A DNA stretch of 64,000 nt from Hemiscyllium ocellatum (lineage: Eukaryota): contig NC_083427.1 in the NCBI RefSeq assembly GCF_020745735.1, forward strand, positions 1,829,438 to 1,893,437. The letters are read 5' to 3'. This document shows, in pieces, positions 53,261 to 64,000 of the stretch. The translations under genes were made by a program, and so were the position numbers. Every line of letters starts with the position of its first letter. Position 1 is the first letter of the stretch. A model generated the notes under the pieces. It had not been told where the DNA came from, made no database searches, and was given only the letters and a program-made list of their open reading frames with translations.

Positions 53261-54494
53261 TATTTGAACTAAGGCTGCATTGACGTCAAGATATCAAGAT
53301 CTAAGCAGCCTTGGCACAAGTCATACTTACTGCAAAGCAATTGGTTATTTTTAACACTGTTGACAAGCCGTATCATCACTTTGCCAGTGATCGAGATTAT
53401 AATGATTGGCTAATAATTGTTCGGAGTGGAATAGGAAAGAGCGAGGCCATTTTCATCATTGCTGTTTAGATGGAATTATTACAGATTTACCAGAAGAACT
53501 TGGCTCATGGGAGAACAGGTTTTGCAAAACAAGTATTGAGTACATTTGGAGGAATGTTGTAAGTCATCACTGAATTATTCGGAGCCTCCAAACACTTGGT
53601 GATATGAGCAAGAATGAATCGAAACTGTAGACTGATACCTTTGAATTATGGGGCCTCTGCAGGTTCAGAAATTTAAGAAAAAAGTTGACCACCTGTCAAT
53701 TGCAACAAGGAATGGGCAGGAAGTGCTAGCTCAACTGTGATATAAATATCCCACAAATTAAACAATTTAAAAGTTAGCAGTATTCCAATTTTCAATGCAC
53801 ATATTTACTTTGACAGAAAGAGACAGGGTGTGCTAGGGATGAGAATAAATTACAATTTTCCTTCCAAACTTGATATAATACCATGTTCTCTCACGCATTT
53901 TGAGAGGCCGCAATGGATCTTTCTGACAGAAATCTGGGGGTTTATTCTGATTTTATGAAGTTATTCAAGAAGATGTCTGTACGTTATATTCTCAAGAGTA
54001 ATTTAGATCTGTAACCAAAACAGTTCAAAACATTCTCGGCTCTTTTACAAACGTTGAGTTCAAATATTAATTTAAAAAAACGTGTATTACTCGGTCTAAA
54101 ACACGTTACGTAGCCCATGGGCAGCTCATGATAACTGAGGTGCATTCCCCCCCATTAGGTATTGTTCTGTGGCAAATTCTCAGTTATTATAAATCGAAAA
54201 GATTTTACTTCACGGTAACTGATGTAATGAACATTAGTTATTGATTTTACGGGAGCGGGAGGTTAAAGGCAATAAGCGGCAAGAAACGAGCTCGTTCCTT
54301 CTTTTAGTTCCCTTATGATACAGAAATATTGAGCCATTTATGGCATCGGGGCGAACCCGACTTTATGTTGCAGTGAACACTGCATTTATTGATTGGCTCA
54401 ACTGCAGTCAGTATTTATGTTTCGAAAAGTTAAACATTTGAAACTGTGTTCATGCATATGGTGAACTGCAGTTGTTTGGTTAGTTTAATTGCGC

Positions 54495-54695
54495 TGAAAA
54501 TGTGTTGCTGGAAAAGCGCAGCAGGTCAGGCAGCATCCAAGGAACAGGAAATTCAACGTTTCAGGCAAAAGCCCTTCATCAGGAATCATGCCCGAAACGT
54601 CGAATTTCCTGTTCCTTGGATGCTGCCTGACCTGCTTCGCTTTTCCCGCAAAACATTTTCAGCTCTGATACTCCAGCATCTGCAGACCTCACTTT
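54495..54695. repeat. Foldback Penelope pLTR element
   Basis: aaaatgtgttgctggaaaagcgcagcaggtcaggcagcatccaaggaacaggaaattcaacgtttc / gaaacgtcgaatttcctgttccttggatgctgcctgacctgcttcgcttttcc inverted arms. Confidence 0.88.
54551..54586 (-). ncRNA. Minimal hammerhead ribozyme motif
   Basis: Reverse complement reads ATTC-CTGATGA-a-GGGC-tttt-GCCT-GAAAC-GTT-GAAT: 4-bp stem I (AUUC/GAAU), stem II with one G-U pair, GUU triplet. Confidence 0.68.
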
Positions 54696-54961
54696 CTCCT
54701 CGCTTGTTTAGTTGCGTTCTCACATAAAATATATCAAGTCGTGTGCATGAAGTAATGACGGTCATTAAATCTACAACAGAACTTACATTTATACAAGTGT
54801 TTCCCTGTCTCGTGCTGACTACACAGCTTCACAAACAACGAGTATTCTAGTAGACAATGCAGTGAAAGATATATAATAAAGACGTTGTTTTATTCTTGAC
54901 AACTAATTCTAAATATTATTTCCTGATACATTTGTTCATGTATTCAATGTTTAATATTGTT

Positions 54962-55150
54962 CCAGCACCACCCAGAATTGTTAATGCTTTTAAAATTGCT
55001 CCATTCTGGCATTACGAGGAATTCTAAACGTTACTATCAGACAATCAAAACTATCTGGTCAGGATTGGTTCACCAACAGCGAGCTGCCATGGATTCTGAA
55101 TAGAGACCGATTTACGGGCATTCTGGCGAAAATGTGGCATTTCTGTTTCA
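54962..55150 (+). pseudogene. Possible heavily decayed IgNAR C1 exon upstream of cluster C
   Basis: PAPPRIVN..LLHSGI..EE, QRA.. and GHSGENVAFLFQ echo C1 PSPPIVSLLHSATEEQRA..GYYPENIAVSWQ in order, but with insertions and stops. Confidence 0.4.
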
Positions 55151-55329
55151 AGGTTTTTGTGGAATAATGTAACAGTAGGGTTATGTGTGTGCCTAGTAAG
55201 TATATGAATAAGTTCTGAAAGAAGATATAGGAAAATTAGAGCAGGATTAAGAACCCCATCTGACTGTATTCACAATATTGTAAAAACTCTGCAAAATGTG
55301 TAAATATTAAACCATACTACCTAAAGAAG

Positions 55330-56500
55330 TGGGGGATCAATAAGTTCATTTAGCATACTCAAACTGCTCCGTCATTCGAACATGGTTGACAGGCCCCTCA
55401 ACCCCATTCTTTTGCCTTTGCTCCATAAGCCTTCTTGCCCTTCCTAATCAAGAACCTAAATCTGTCTTAAATACACTCAATGATTTAGACTTCACAGGTT
55501 TCTGTGACAAGGAGTTTCACACTTTTACTGAAGAAATTCCTCTCCATCTAAATTTTAAAGGACCGTCCCTTCATTCTGAGGCTGTGCCCTCTGGTTGAAG
55601 TCTGTTCTGCCAGTGATTTTTTTTTCTTCTGCGCACCCACTATATACAGGTCTCGCAGGATTCTGTAAGATTCAATGACACTCCACCCTTATCTTGCTAA
55701 ACTGCATTGAGCACAAAGGTAGATTCTTCAACTGCTCTTCATTAGATAAGCCCGGTATCCAGTGTACAGTCACTGTGTATCCCCTCCAATGTCATACGTC
55801 CTTTGTTAGACAGGAGACCACAACTGCTCACAATAATCCAAATGTGCTCCTGATGGAACCTTATATAGTCTCAATAGTAAATCACCGTGCTTGCAGTGTA
55901 GCACTCTTGATATGAATGATAAACCTGCATTTGGTTTTCTAAAGGCCACCCGCACCTGCATGTTAAACCTTAGGAGAATCCTAAAATTGGATTCCTAATT
56001 CCAGTCATGCTTCAACTTTCAGAAGTCCTTCCCCATTTATCCTTCCAATCAAAATTCATAACCTTACATTTACCCACATGATATTCCATCCACCACTTCT
56101 TTGCTAATCCCCCAGTCTGTCCAAATGTTTCAGCATAATCCGCTTCCTCAGCAATACTTGTCCTCATTTCATCATTGTGTCATCTGCCAACTTGGCAACA
56201 ATGCCGTCAGTTTCTTCGTTCAGATCGTTTATGAACAAAGTGAATCGTATTTCTCCCAACACTGACCCTGCAGAATTCCAGTAGTCACTGGCGACCATCC
56301 TGAAAATGACGTCTTTATCCCCACATATTGCCTTCTGCCAGTCAGCCAATTCTCCATTTATGTCATTGAGTTGTCCCAAACACCTTAGCTCTTATCTTAT
56401 TTAGCAGCCCCTTGTACTTGTTAAAATCATACTTGAAATCCAAATGGATCATATCCAGTGGGTCTCCTTTGTCTTACTTCCTGGCTGCTTCCTCAAAGAC
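55330..56500 (-). mobile_element. CR1 LINE 3' fragment
   Basis: Minus ORF 56164-56379 (..GSVLG..LFINDLNEETDGIVAKLADDT); 3' UTR at about 55330-55560. Confidence 0.85.
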
Positions 56501-56579
56501 TTCTAACATCGAATGACGTATCAGGGATAATGATCTCAAGAATCTTATGTTCTTAAAATTCAGCAACCTTCATGATGTG

Positions 56580-57230
56580 GTGATTTTCCTTTGTCTCTCC
56601 ATCTTTATCTTGCTATCTCACAATCTTTTATTACTGCCAGATTCACTTCGTCTCTGTCTATTAGCTTGTGTCTCTCTGCTAATTCTGATTACTCTGGTTC
56701 TGTAACTTGATATTTCTCTTCACTGAACATGTGTGCATATGTCTCGGTTTCTATGTTTCTCCCCTTCTCGAAAATATTTATTCTTTCATGCTCCTGTTTC
56801 TGCAGATTTTAATAATTCTTTGTGCATCATTGACTGTAGCTGCTTATGCTTCTCTTCTTCTTTGCGCATATCGGTATTTATGCCTCCATTTTGTCTTCTT
56901 TCCCTTGGTACTGTCTGACCATCTTCCGCTCTTTCTGGCTGTCATTTCCAACCTGTTATCTCCAGCTCCCATTCTCTGAGCTTTATGTCTTTATATATAT
57001 ATATCCATCTGACAATCTCAGTTTACCTATTCCTACATCTGTCCTATTGCATCTCTTAATCTGCATTTGTGTGTGCATCATTTTGAACTAGTTTGCATTT
57101 TATTCTCTGCTGATTGTTTCTCTGTTTCTTTCTGTCCCTTCTTACGAAATGGATCCACATCAAATCCTTCATTCCTCAAAATGCTTCTCTCGCTTTCCTT
57201 TTTGTTAATTTCTTTCTTAATTGTATTGGC
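56580..57230 (+). repeat. CT-rich polypyrimidine low-complexity tract upstream of C2
   Basis: About 650 nt of degenerate (TC)n/(TTC)n. Confidence 0.8.
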
Positions 57231-57427
57231 TTATACAAATTATAAATCAAATCAACAAAAGTGAATAAAGCAATGACACTTCAAATTCTTTCTTGCTGTA
57301 CCTGTGAGAAAGACATTCGCAATTCATTGTACCATATCTTGGCACTTATTTTGGCATTCTTGTTGCAATCCTTTTTACATTATTATTGGAACATGGAAAA
57401 GAATTTGAAACTCTGATTTCTCACCAA

Positions 57428-57727
57428 CTGAGATCGCTGTATTACTAAGGGATCCTTTGGTTGAAGAAATGTGGATCAATAAAAATGCCACTCTGGTTTG
57501 TGAAGTGCTTTCTACAGTTTCAGCTGGAGTAGCCATCTCTTGGACGGTGGATGGAAAGGTACGGAATGAAGGCGTTAAAATTGAAGCAGATATTGAAAAC
57601 CAACGTCTGACCATCAGCCACTTGACGACCAGCGTGGATGAGTGGCAGAGTGGGGTGGAATACACATGCTCTGCAAAACACGATCAATCATCAAACGCAG
57701 TATCAAAACGAACAAGAATAGCAAGAG
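57428..57727 (+). pseudogene. IgNAR: IgNAR C2 exon, open frame but both splice sites mutated
   Basis: EIAVLLRDPLVEEMWINKNATLVCEVLSTVSAGVAISWTVDGKVRNEGV..SVDEWQSGVEYTCSAKHDQSSNAVSKRTRIAR; both Cys and the Trp are kept. The acceptor reads ctcaccAA (57426-27) instead of AG; the donor reads ATtggt (57728-29) instead of GT. Confidence 0.93.
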
Positions 57728-57803
57728 ATTGGTAACCAGAGATATACATTTATAAATGTCATTTTATCAACGACGAAATACTAAAATTGTAATTCTATTA
57801 CAG

Positions 57804-58119
57804 TCAAACCAGAGAAGCCACATCTCCGCCTCCTGCCTCCAACACCAAACGAGGTTCAAAACGGCACCTCTGCTACTCTCACATGTTGATAAAAGGATTC
57901 TATCATGACAAAATACGAGTTAACTGGGAGAAAGGCGGGGCTTCTGTCAGCGCGAACATCACCATTTTCCCCACTGCTCTGGACAGAGCTTGACCTACAG
58001 CACACGGAGCCTCCACGTTTTACCTGCAGTGGAATGGAAGAGCGGAGCAAAATACACCAGTACTGCCTCGCATCCATCTTCACAGTCCACTGTGAAAAGG
58101 GAAATCAGCCATATGAAAG
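57804..58119 (+). pseudogene. IgNAR: IgNAR C3 exon, frameshifted
   Basis: tacag|TC AAA CCA GAG AAG CCA CAT CTC..(VKPEKPHLRLLPPTPNEVQNGTSATLTC). A 1-nt deletion gives TGA at 57887-89, a second 1-nt deletion lies at about 57983, and the second Cys is AGT (58059-61, YTSTASHP). 316 nt; donor G|gtaagc intact. Confidence 0.95.
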
Positions 58120-61008
58120 GTAAGCAACCATTCCCACAGTTATCACTTTGTGGTAAATATCAACGCAAGATGAAACCATACATTCCAAGGTTCTGCCAAC
58201 TTTAAAATGCACAAAACCTCTTGAAATGAAACAACTTTAAAGCATTGCAAACTGGTTGTCAGGAGAAACAATAATATCCCACAAGCGAGTTGGCTCAACC
58301 AGTGTGAATTCTCTTGTGGCACATCGGCAATGTCGATGTTTACTTCCCACCTGCTCCAGAGTGGTGTCTTGAGCCTGTCTGAACAGATTGATGAGAAAAA
58401 GAGGTTCACTAAATATTTATACTAAGAAAAACAGCTTCATTGCACGAATAAGTCTTGAAGGCGTGTTTTATTTTGACAATATTGAATGGTGGTGAGAAGG
58501 AGATTGGGTCGCCATGATTCAGTGTCTTGTTTGCTTCAGTCACTGCTTCACCTTTGCGTTCAGCTTGAGTGGTTGCTGACAATCAACTCAAAGGTACACA
58601 AAAATGCAAACATTTTTGAAGAGCAGGACGAAAGCTCATGAATTAATTTGCATACTTCAAAGATTATATTTTTCTGTCCTCTTCCCCTGGACGTCGCAGG
58701 AACTGAGAAATAATTTTGCATTTGATGAGAATAAGTCAGGTGGACTAGTGACTTGGCTTTAATTCCGATTGTCTGCTGAGGTACTGGTTTGTACCCGACT
58801 GTGATGTGGGCCGGGCAAAAACCCGTTCATGTTCTTAAAAAACGAGTCACAATGCTTAAACTGTGCAACACTGATCTCTGGTACACGGGTCTGTGATCAA
58901 GGGAATGGATGAACGGGCTGTGACAAATTCTGGTCATGCACTTGCCGATAATTAGCGCGTATATTTCAGTGGAACAACAACTGATTTGACAAATGGATGA
59001 TAGAAAGTCACATACAACACATGGAAAGAGCAAAGTTGCACTGAGCAAACACTGCTCTTAGATGTGGTAACAAACACTGAGCATGATAAATTCCGTTTGG
59101 TGAGCAACCATGCACTAAAGTAGCAGGCATCGAGAAGCCCATGCGATGATTTCGGCCTGCTGATGATTCTTTGAAGCTTAGACTGGAATAGACTTGCATG
59201 ATTTCCATACAATCCCTTTGTTCTATCTTTCATTTGAGGAGTCTTGCTGAAAATAAACGTATTTGCACTCCTGCAAAGGGCAATAACAAATGCGAGTCTT
59301 ACATATTTCCTGTGTAATGGGCTGCCGATATTCCGTTTCTCCCGCTGATTTACAAACACTGATCAGTCAATGTGAGATTCCTAAAGAAAGCTTGCATACC
59401 AATACCGTTTGTATATCAATATGCAAATCCATTTTACTCTTCAAAGTAATGGAAGACAGTCACATGAAAATGTGATCGTTTTCAGTTCAGAACTTCGATG
59501 CAAAGATGTCATTGTTAAAATCATCTCAGCCGTACACGAAAAATTCTGAAATTGTTTGCTTTAATGAGTCATTCTTAAAACTCTGATTTCTGTTTTTAAT
59601 GCGAGGAGATGGTTAATTTCATTCGGATCAATTTCTCATTATTCTGTTCATCGTCTATTGTCACTAAAAATATTTGAAGAAGTAATTATCACCAAGACTC
59701 ATCAGATGGAAATGATCTTGTATGTTAAATGGGGCACAATTATTCAATCACGAATTGAAATATACCACGACTGAGCTCAGGTTGGCAATCGACAAATTCA
59801 TGTTAACAGTCTGCGTGGTTGAAAGGAGATTTAGTGGAAGAGATTAACTCTGGATGGCTGAAGACAAGCAAGTATTTAGACTTAAGAGCTTGGATTGTGA
59901 GACGGTAATATTAATCAACTTGGGAGTAATTTCAGCAATACCCTCTTCACCAAAACAATCTCGCAGAGGCACTGGCACAATTGAAGAACTGCATAAGCTT
60001 TGCAGTATGCATACAGAATAAAATTAGACCATTAGAGCTGTACAATAGACACGGAACAGGAGTCATCACAAGAGGCATTGGGACTTTCAGAAATAACTGG
60101 TTTAGCGAACATAGTAAAGGTACTGATATTTATGGTAACAACACAATCAGAACATTCAAGAACCATCTTTTCATTGGCATTTTCCGCTATCCATAAATAA
60201 AGTAACTACTATTGTACTTAGACCCGACGATTTAGTTTGAACACATCTAAAAGCATGCTTTCCCGTCTAATGCGTCCCTTTAATGTTATCACCATTCTGA
60301 TAACTGATTCTGTTAGTTTTAGCAACTCCCAGTATTAGAGTCGAGCTGTGAAAGACATGTAGTCACAAAATTTTATACTTCCTCACTTAACACTCTTCAA
60401 AAATAGTTCATTAAAAGAATAAAAAAGGCGTGAGTGTGCCCTTGATTGGAATTGAATTATGCAGTAATTATCCTTTTTACAACTAAAAGGCTCTGCTGAC
60501 GAATTGGGACAGCAAACTCAGCTTAAAAAATGCAATCAATGAAATGCAAGTTGATGCCAGGTAAATTTCTCCAATGGTTGGTCGCCACAGTGCAAGTAAG
60601 TTTAGCTTTTGAAAAGCAGACGCTGATGATGCATTTTTTGCTCGTCTGGTATTGGATTCTGTCGAATTAAGAACATTTAGAAGCAACTATCTTCTGGCAT
60701 CCGTAACTACAATTGTTGAAAGTGTGAAGTACTCGAACGGAGACAATAGGTATCAGTATACACAAGGCAGAGCAATTTCCAAATTGTGCAAGAATACATC
60801 GCAAATATTACTGAAGTCATATCCATAGCAGTCAGAGTGAATGCAACCAACAGGAACAGGAGAGCACAACATCTAATTCCCCAAGTCGAAATATCAAACA
60901 GAAGAGATAACAGATCACAGTAAGTAAAATTATTCACCATCTCCTGAAGTATTTTGGAATTAATATCGATATTTCAGTCTGAAAACCTGCATTCCTTTCT
61001 CATTCCAG

Positions 61009-61329
61009 ATGAATGCCATCAGCCAGACATTTCTGTCAACGTACTGAAACCTGTGTTTGAAGAGATTTGGACACAAAAGACAGCGACCATTGTTTGCAAA
61101 ATCGTTTACAGCAAGTTAGGAAACATGAATATTGTCTGGCAGGAGAACGGGTCTGGGAGAACTGAAGGAGTCGTGGCAGAAAATCCTGATTGGAACGGAA
61201 GTAAATTCACCATTGTGAGCAAACTTAAAATCATGGCGTCAGAGTGGGATAGCGGTGTCGAATATGTTTGCTTGGTCGAAGACAGTCAAGTACCAACACC
61301 AGTGAAAGACTCTATCAAGAAGGCAACTG
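61009..61329 (+). pseudogene. IgNAR: IgNAR C4 exon, open frame, donor site mutated
   Basis: cattccag|AT GAA TGC..ECHQPDISVNVLKPVFEEIWTQKTATIVCKIVYS..WDSGVEYVCLVEDSQVPTPVKDSIKKAT; 321 nt. The donor reads G|GGaagt (61330-31) instead of G|GTaagt; read-through hits TAG at 61341-43. Confidence 0.94.
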
Positions 61330-61589
61330 GGAAGTGGGAATAGTACTGCAACAACATTAAAATTGAATAGATTTCAGAAATCTGAAATGAAAAAGAAATG
61401 TTCTGTAGAAACTGAGCAGGGCTGGCAGAATCTATGGAGAGAAAAATAGGGGGAACCTTTCCAGTCCACTGTGTGTCTTTCCAAAAATAATAGTTAATGT
61501 TACTATGATCTAAGCCTGACACATAAAATTGTCAAATTAAATAAAAGATGTGTCAAATTATTAATGCTTTACATTAAATGATAAGAAGT

Positions 61590-61820
61590 TAGCATTGGCG
61601 AGGTGGATCACTGGTTTGCACGGATGCCTCCCAACGCCAAGACCCCCATTCAATTCCAAATTAGGCACCGTTTGTGTTGAATTTTCGCATCCTCCCCGTG
61701 TCTGCGTGGGTTTACTTTGGGTGCTCGGGTTTTTGTCCAGAGTACAAAGATGTGCAGGTTGGGTGGAGGGGTCATATTCACAGTTGGGCTGTGTGGGTGG
61801 ATGAGTCACGGGAAAAATAA
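61590..61820 (+). mobile_element. HE1-like SINE in the C4-C5 intron
   Basis: ..cctccccgtgtctgcgtgggttt..gggtgctcgggttttt..aaagatgtgcaggtt core. Confidence 0.75.
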
Positions 61821-61931
61821 GGGACGTGAAATGCTGTAGCATTCATTTTATCTACAACATGCGTTACTGACAAAGAAATTGTGACACAGACCTAAGACGG
61901 TCTCAGTTAAACAATCATCCTCTCTTTGCAG

Positions 61932-62314
61932 ATGGTCAAATGTGTACTCCTCAGGTTTATCTCCTGCATCCATCGACTGACGAGATTGACACCGAGAATT
62001 CAGCGACCCTGATGTGTCTCGCCACCAGCTTTTACCCAGCTGACATTTACATTGGCTGGATGGCCAATGACATGCTTTTGGATGCCGGGTACCGAACGCA
62101 CATGGATAGTGAGAAGGGGAATGGTTCCAACTTCGTGATCAGCAGGTTGAGAGTCACAGTGGTGGAATGGAACAGTGACATCACTTACTCCTGCTTGGTG
62201 GGACACCCATCGCTCAGCCGAGAATTAATCAGAAGTATAAATAAGTCTCGTGGTAAACCGACATCAGTCAATGTTTCAGTCGTACTTAGCGACATTGTTA
62301 AGTCTTGCACATAA
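61932..62314 (+). CDS. IgNAR: IgNAR C5 exon plus secretory tailpiece, apparently intact
   Basis: ctctttgcag|AT GGT CAA ATG..MCTPQVYLLHPSTDEIDTENSATLMCLATSFYPADIYIGWMAN..TYSCLVGHPSLSRELIRSINKSR-GKPTSVNVSVVLSDIVKSCT*. Internal TM donor G|gtaaac at 62253, NVS sequon and penultimate Cys. Confidence 0.96.
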
Positions 62315-62635
62315 CTTGCAGGGATTGATGAACTGTTTTCCGCAGATAGGTTAACGTTGTTATGGCGATAACTAATTTAGCAACCAAACTAATGCATTTT
62401 CAATTCGTTGTGTGCAACGGCCACATTTCTGATCAGTGAACATTTTCGTAAAAAGGAGAATGCCCACTTTTCTAAATTGAATCTGTTGATAAAGGGTAAT
62501 TGAGGTTAGAATCGGAAGTTCCAGGAAAAGCTTGTCCTGTGATTACAATCGATCAGAAAATCGTTTGAACTTTTCACACCGCTACTGAAAGAACAGGAAA
62601 CCGTATTGAAGACTGTATGTAGCTCCAACGATTGC

Positions 62636-62641
62636 AATAAA
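62636..62641 (+). terminator. Candidate secretory-form polyadenylation signal
   Basis: First AATAAA I found after the secretory stop, about 320 nt downstream. Confidence 0.45.
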
Positions 62642-63399
62642 TGCAGAATGAAAAGTTTTTGATTTGCTGATTCTTTATTTACATGCCTCGTACTTTCAGA
62701 AAGATGATTTAGACCTTGATTGAAGTGTTTGTGATATCCAGATTTTGAAACACCAGCACTGCAGCTTGTTTCAAAGTGCAGAACTTTAGACTCACTCGGC
62801 TTCCCTCTGACTAAGCCACAACTAACATAGTCGTGTTTGGCAGCACTCTTTCGTTCTCCATTGCTAATGGGATATCGAGATGTGAAATGAAATGACTGAA
62901 GTTGATGTGATTCCAACTTGTTTCGTTCAACAATCAGGCATCCACGTTGCCCTCACCTTCATTTATCCCAGTCCTACCAAGTTTTCTACTGCAGTAATGT
63001 CCAATTCTAGTCTCCAGTTTTTGTGTTGCATTCCCACGATGATCTATGCTTGAGCCCTCATTCAGAACAGGCTGCATCCAATCCCTTACGCATATCACGC
63101 AATTTTAGATTCCAATTTGGCACTGATACCACATAACTCTCTTTCACAATCGTCTGTTTTTTGACTCTATTTATGTCCAATGCATCCAAAGACGTGAACA
63201 CATAATCAAAAAGTGCAGAGTCCAAAATCATAGTCCTATATTGTGGTGACTACTCAGGCTCGTCACTACTCTGAATCAGTGATGTCTTTGGTCATTTCCT
63301 GTGGTGATAGTTGTTTATTTTTCTGACTTTACATTCCATTTAAACTGAACTTCTAAACCGATCACTGAACCCAGAAGATGACCGCATTTCTTCTGGTTT

Positions 63400-63950
63400 A
63401 ATCTGCTTTCAACAACATCATGTCTTTCACATTGACCGTTGACAACAGTCGTTGTCTGCTATATATTTTCCACTCTCTATAGTCTTAAATTGACATAAAA
63501 ATCAATTACATGGCATATGAATTCGCAGGAGTTCCAAATCATCCATCATCACTGAACTATTCAATAAGGTCCACACATGCTTTCCTTACAAAATTATTCC
63601 TGATGTGTCTAAATTCCTCCACATTCTCTTCCATCATCGTCTCAGTGACCCATTCCGACTTATTTTCACTAAAGATTCTGCACCCATGCGGTGCTGGCTC
63701 TTTTACTTCCAGATTTTTATTGCCATCACTGTGTTCATTGAATGACATTCAATCATTCAATTTCGTGATTGGCGACACTGACCTTCACTTCACTCGTCTT
63801 CCCAAATATTCTGATAAGGCATGTCTAATCGCACTCGCACAGCATTATTACTGTATCGCCACAAGACACCATGTTTAGAACGTCATCCATGTGGAATCGG
63901 CACGCTGGCCCTGACTAATAACATGCAAATTTAAATTCCAGCTAGACAAT
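63400..63950 (-). mobile_element. Decayed LINE ORF2 fragment
   Basis: Minus ORF 63557-63748 (..EEFRHIRNNFVRKACVDLIE) resembles the CR1 post-endonuclease region. Confidence 0.4.
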
Positions 63951-64000
63951 GAACACATCCATTTGCTCATTACATCGTTGTTGGAATAGCATAATGGCGT

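Noticed and set aside
58797-58823. RSS-like gactgtg-11 nt-gcaaaaacc in the C3-C4 intron
   Set aside because: Lacks the obligatory CAC and has wrong spacing; no coding segment attached.
17310-63930. Octamer ATGCAAAT/ATTTGCAT sites (17310, 39850, 58646, 59421, 63923)
   Set aside because: About four are expected by chance in 64 kb of this composition, so there is no enrichment.

Overview
Cartilaginous-fish (shark) genomic DNA. Domain and retroposon sequences suggest a carpet or bamboo shark, but that is inference. The window covers part of a head-to-tail array of IgNAR (new antigen receptor) heavy-chain clusters, all on the + strand, embedded in dense CR1/other LINE, tRNA-SINE and Penelope-like repeats. 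Cluster A: only its 3' end is present, an intact transmembrane exon (8380-8537) and a candidate 'VN*' cytoplasmic exon (12450-12458). Cluster B (13.0-24.1 kb): an old, heavily decayed relic that keeps leader, V, C2, part of C3, C4 and C5 in order. Cluster C (57.4-62.6 kb): well-conserved C2-C3-C4-C5 plus secretory tail. Both C2 splice sites and the C4 donor are mutated and C3 is frameshifted, while C5 and the tail are intact. I found no intact V/D/J/C1 upstream of cluster C. Other features: a 6.15-kb tandem duplication, a 110-bp-arm foldback, several Penelope-derived minimal hammerhead ribozyme motifs and a 1000-N assembly gap. IgNAR comparisons use nurse shark sequences recalled from memory, not database searches. 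Repeat boundaries are approximate.
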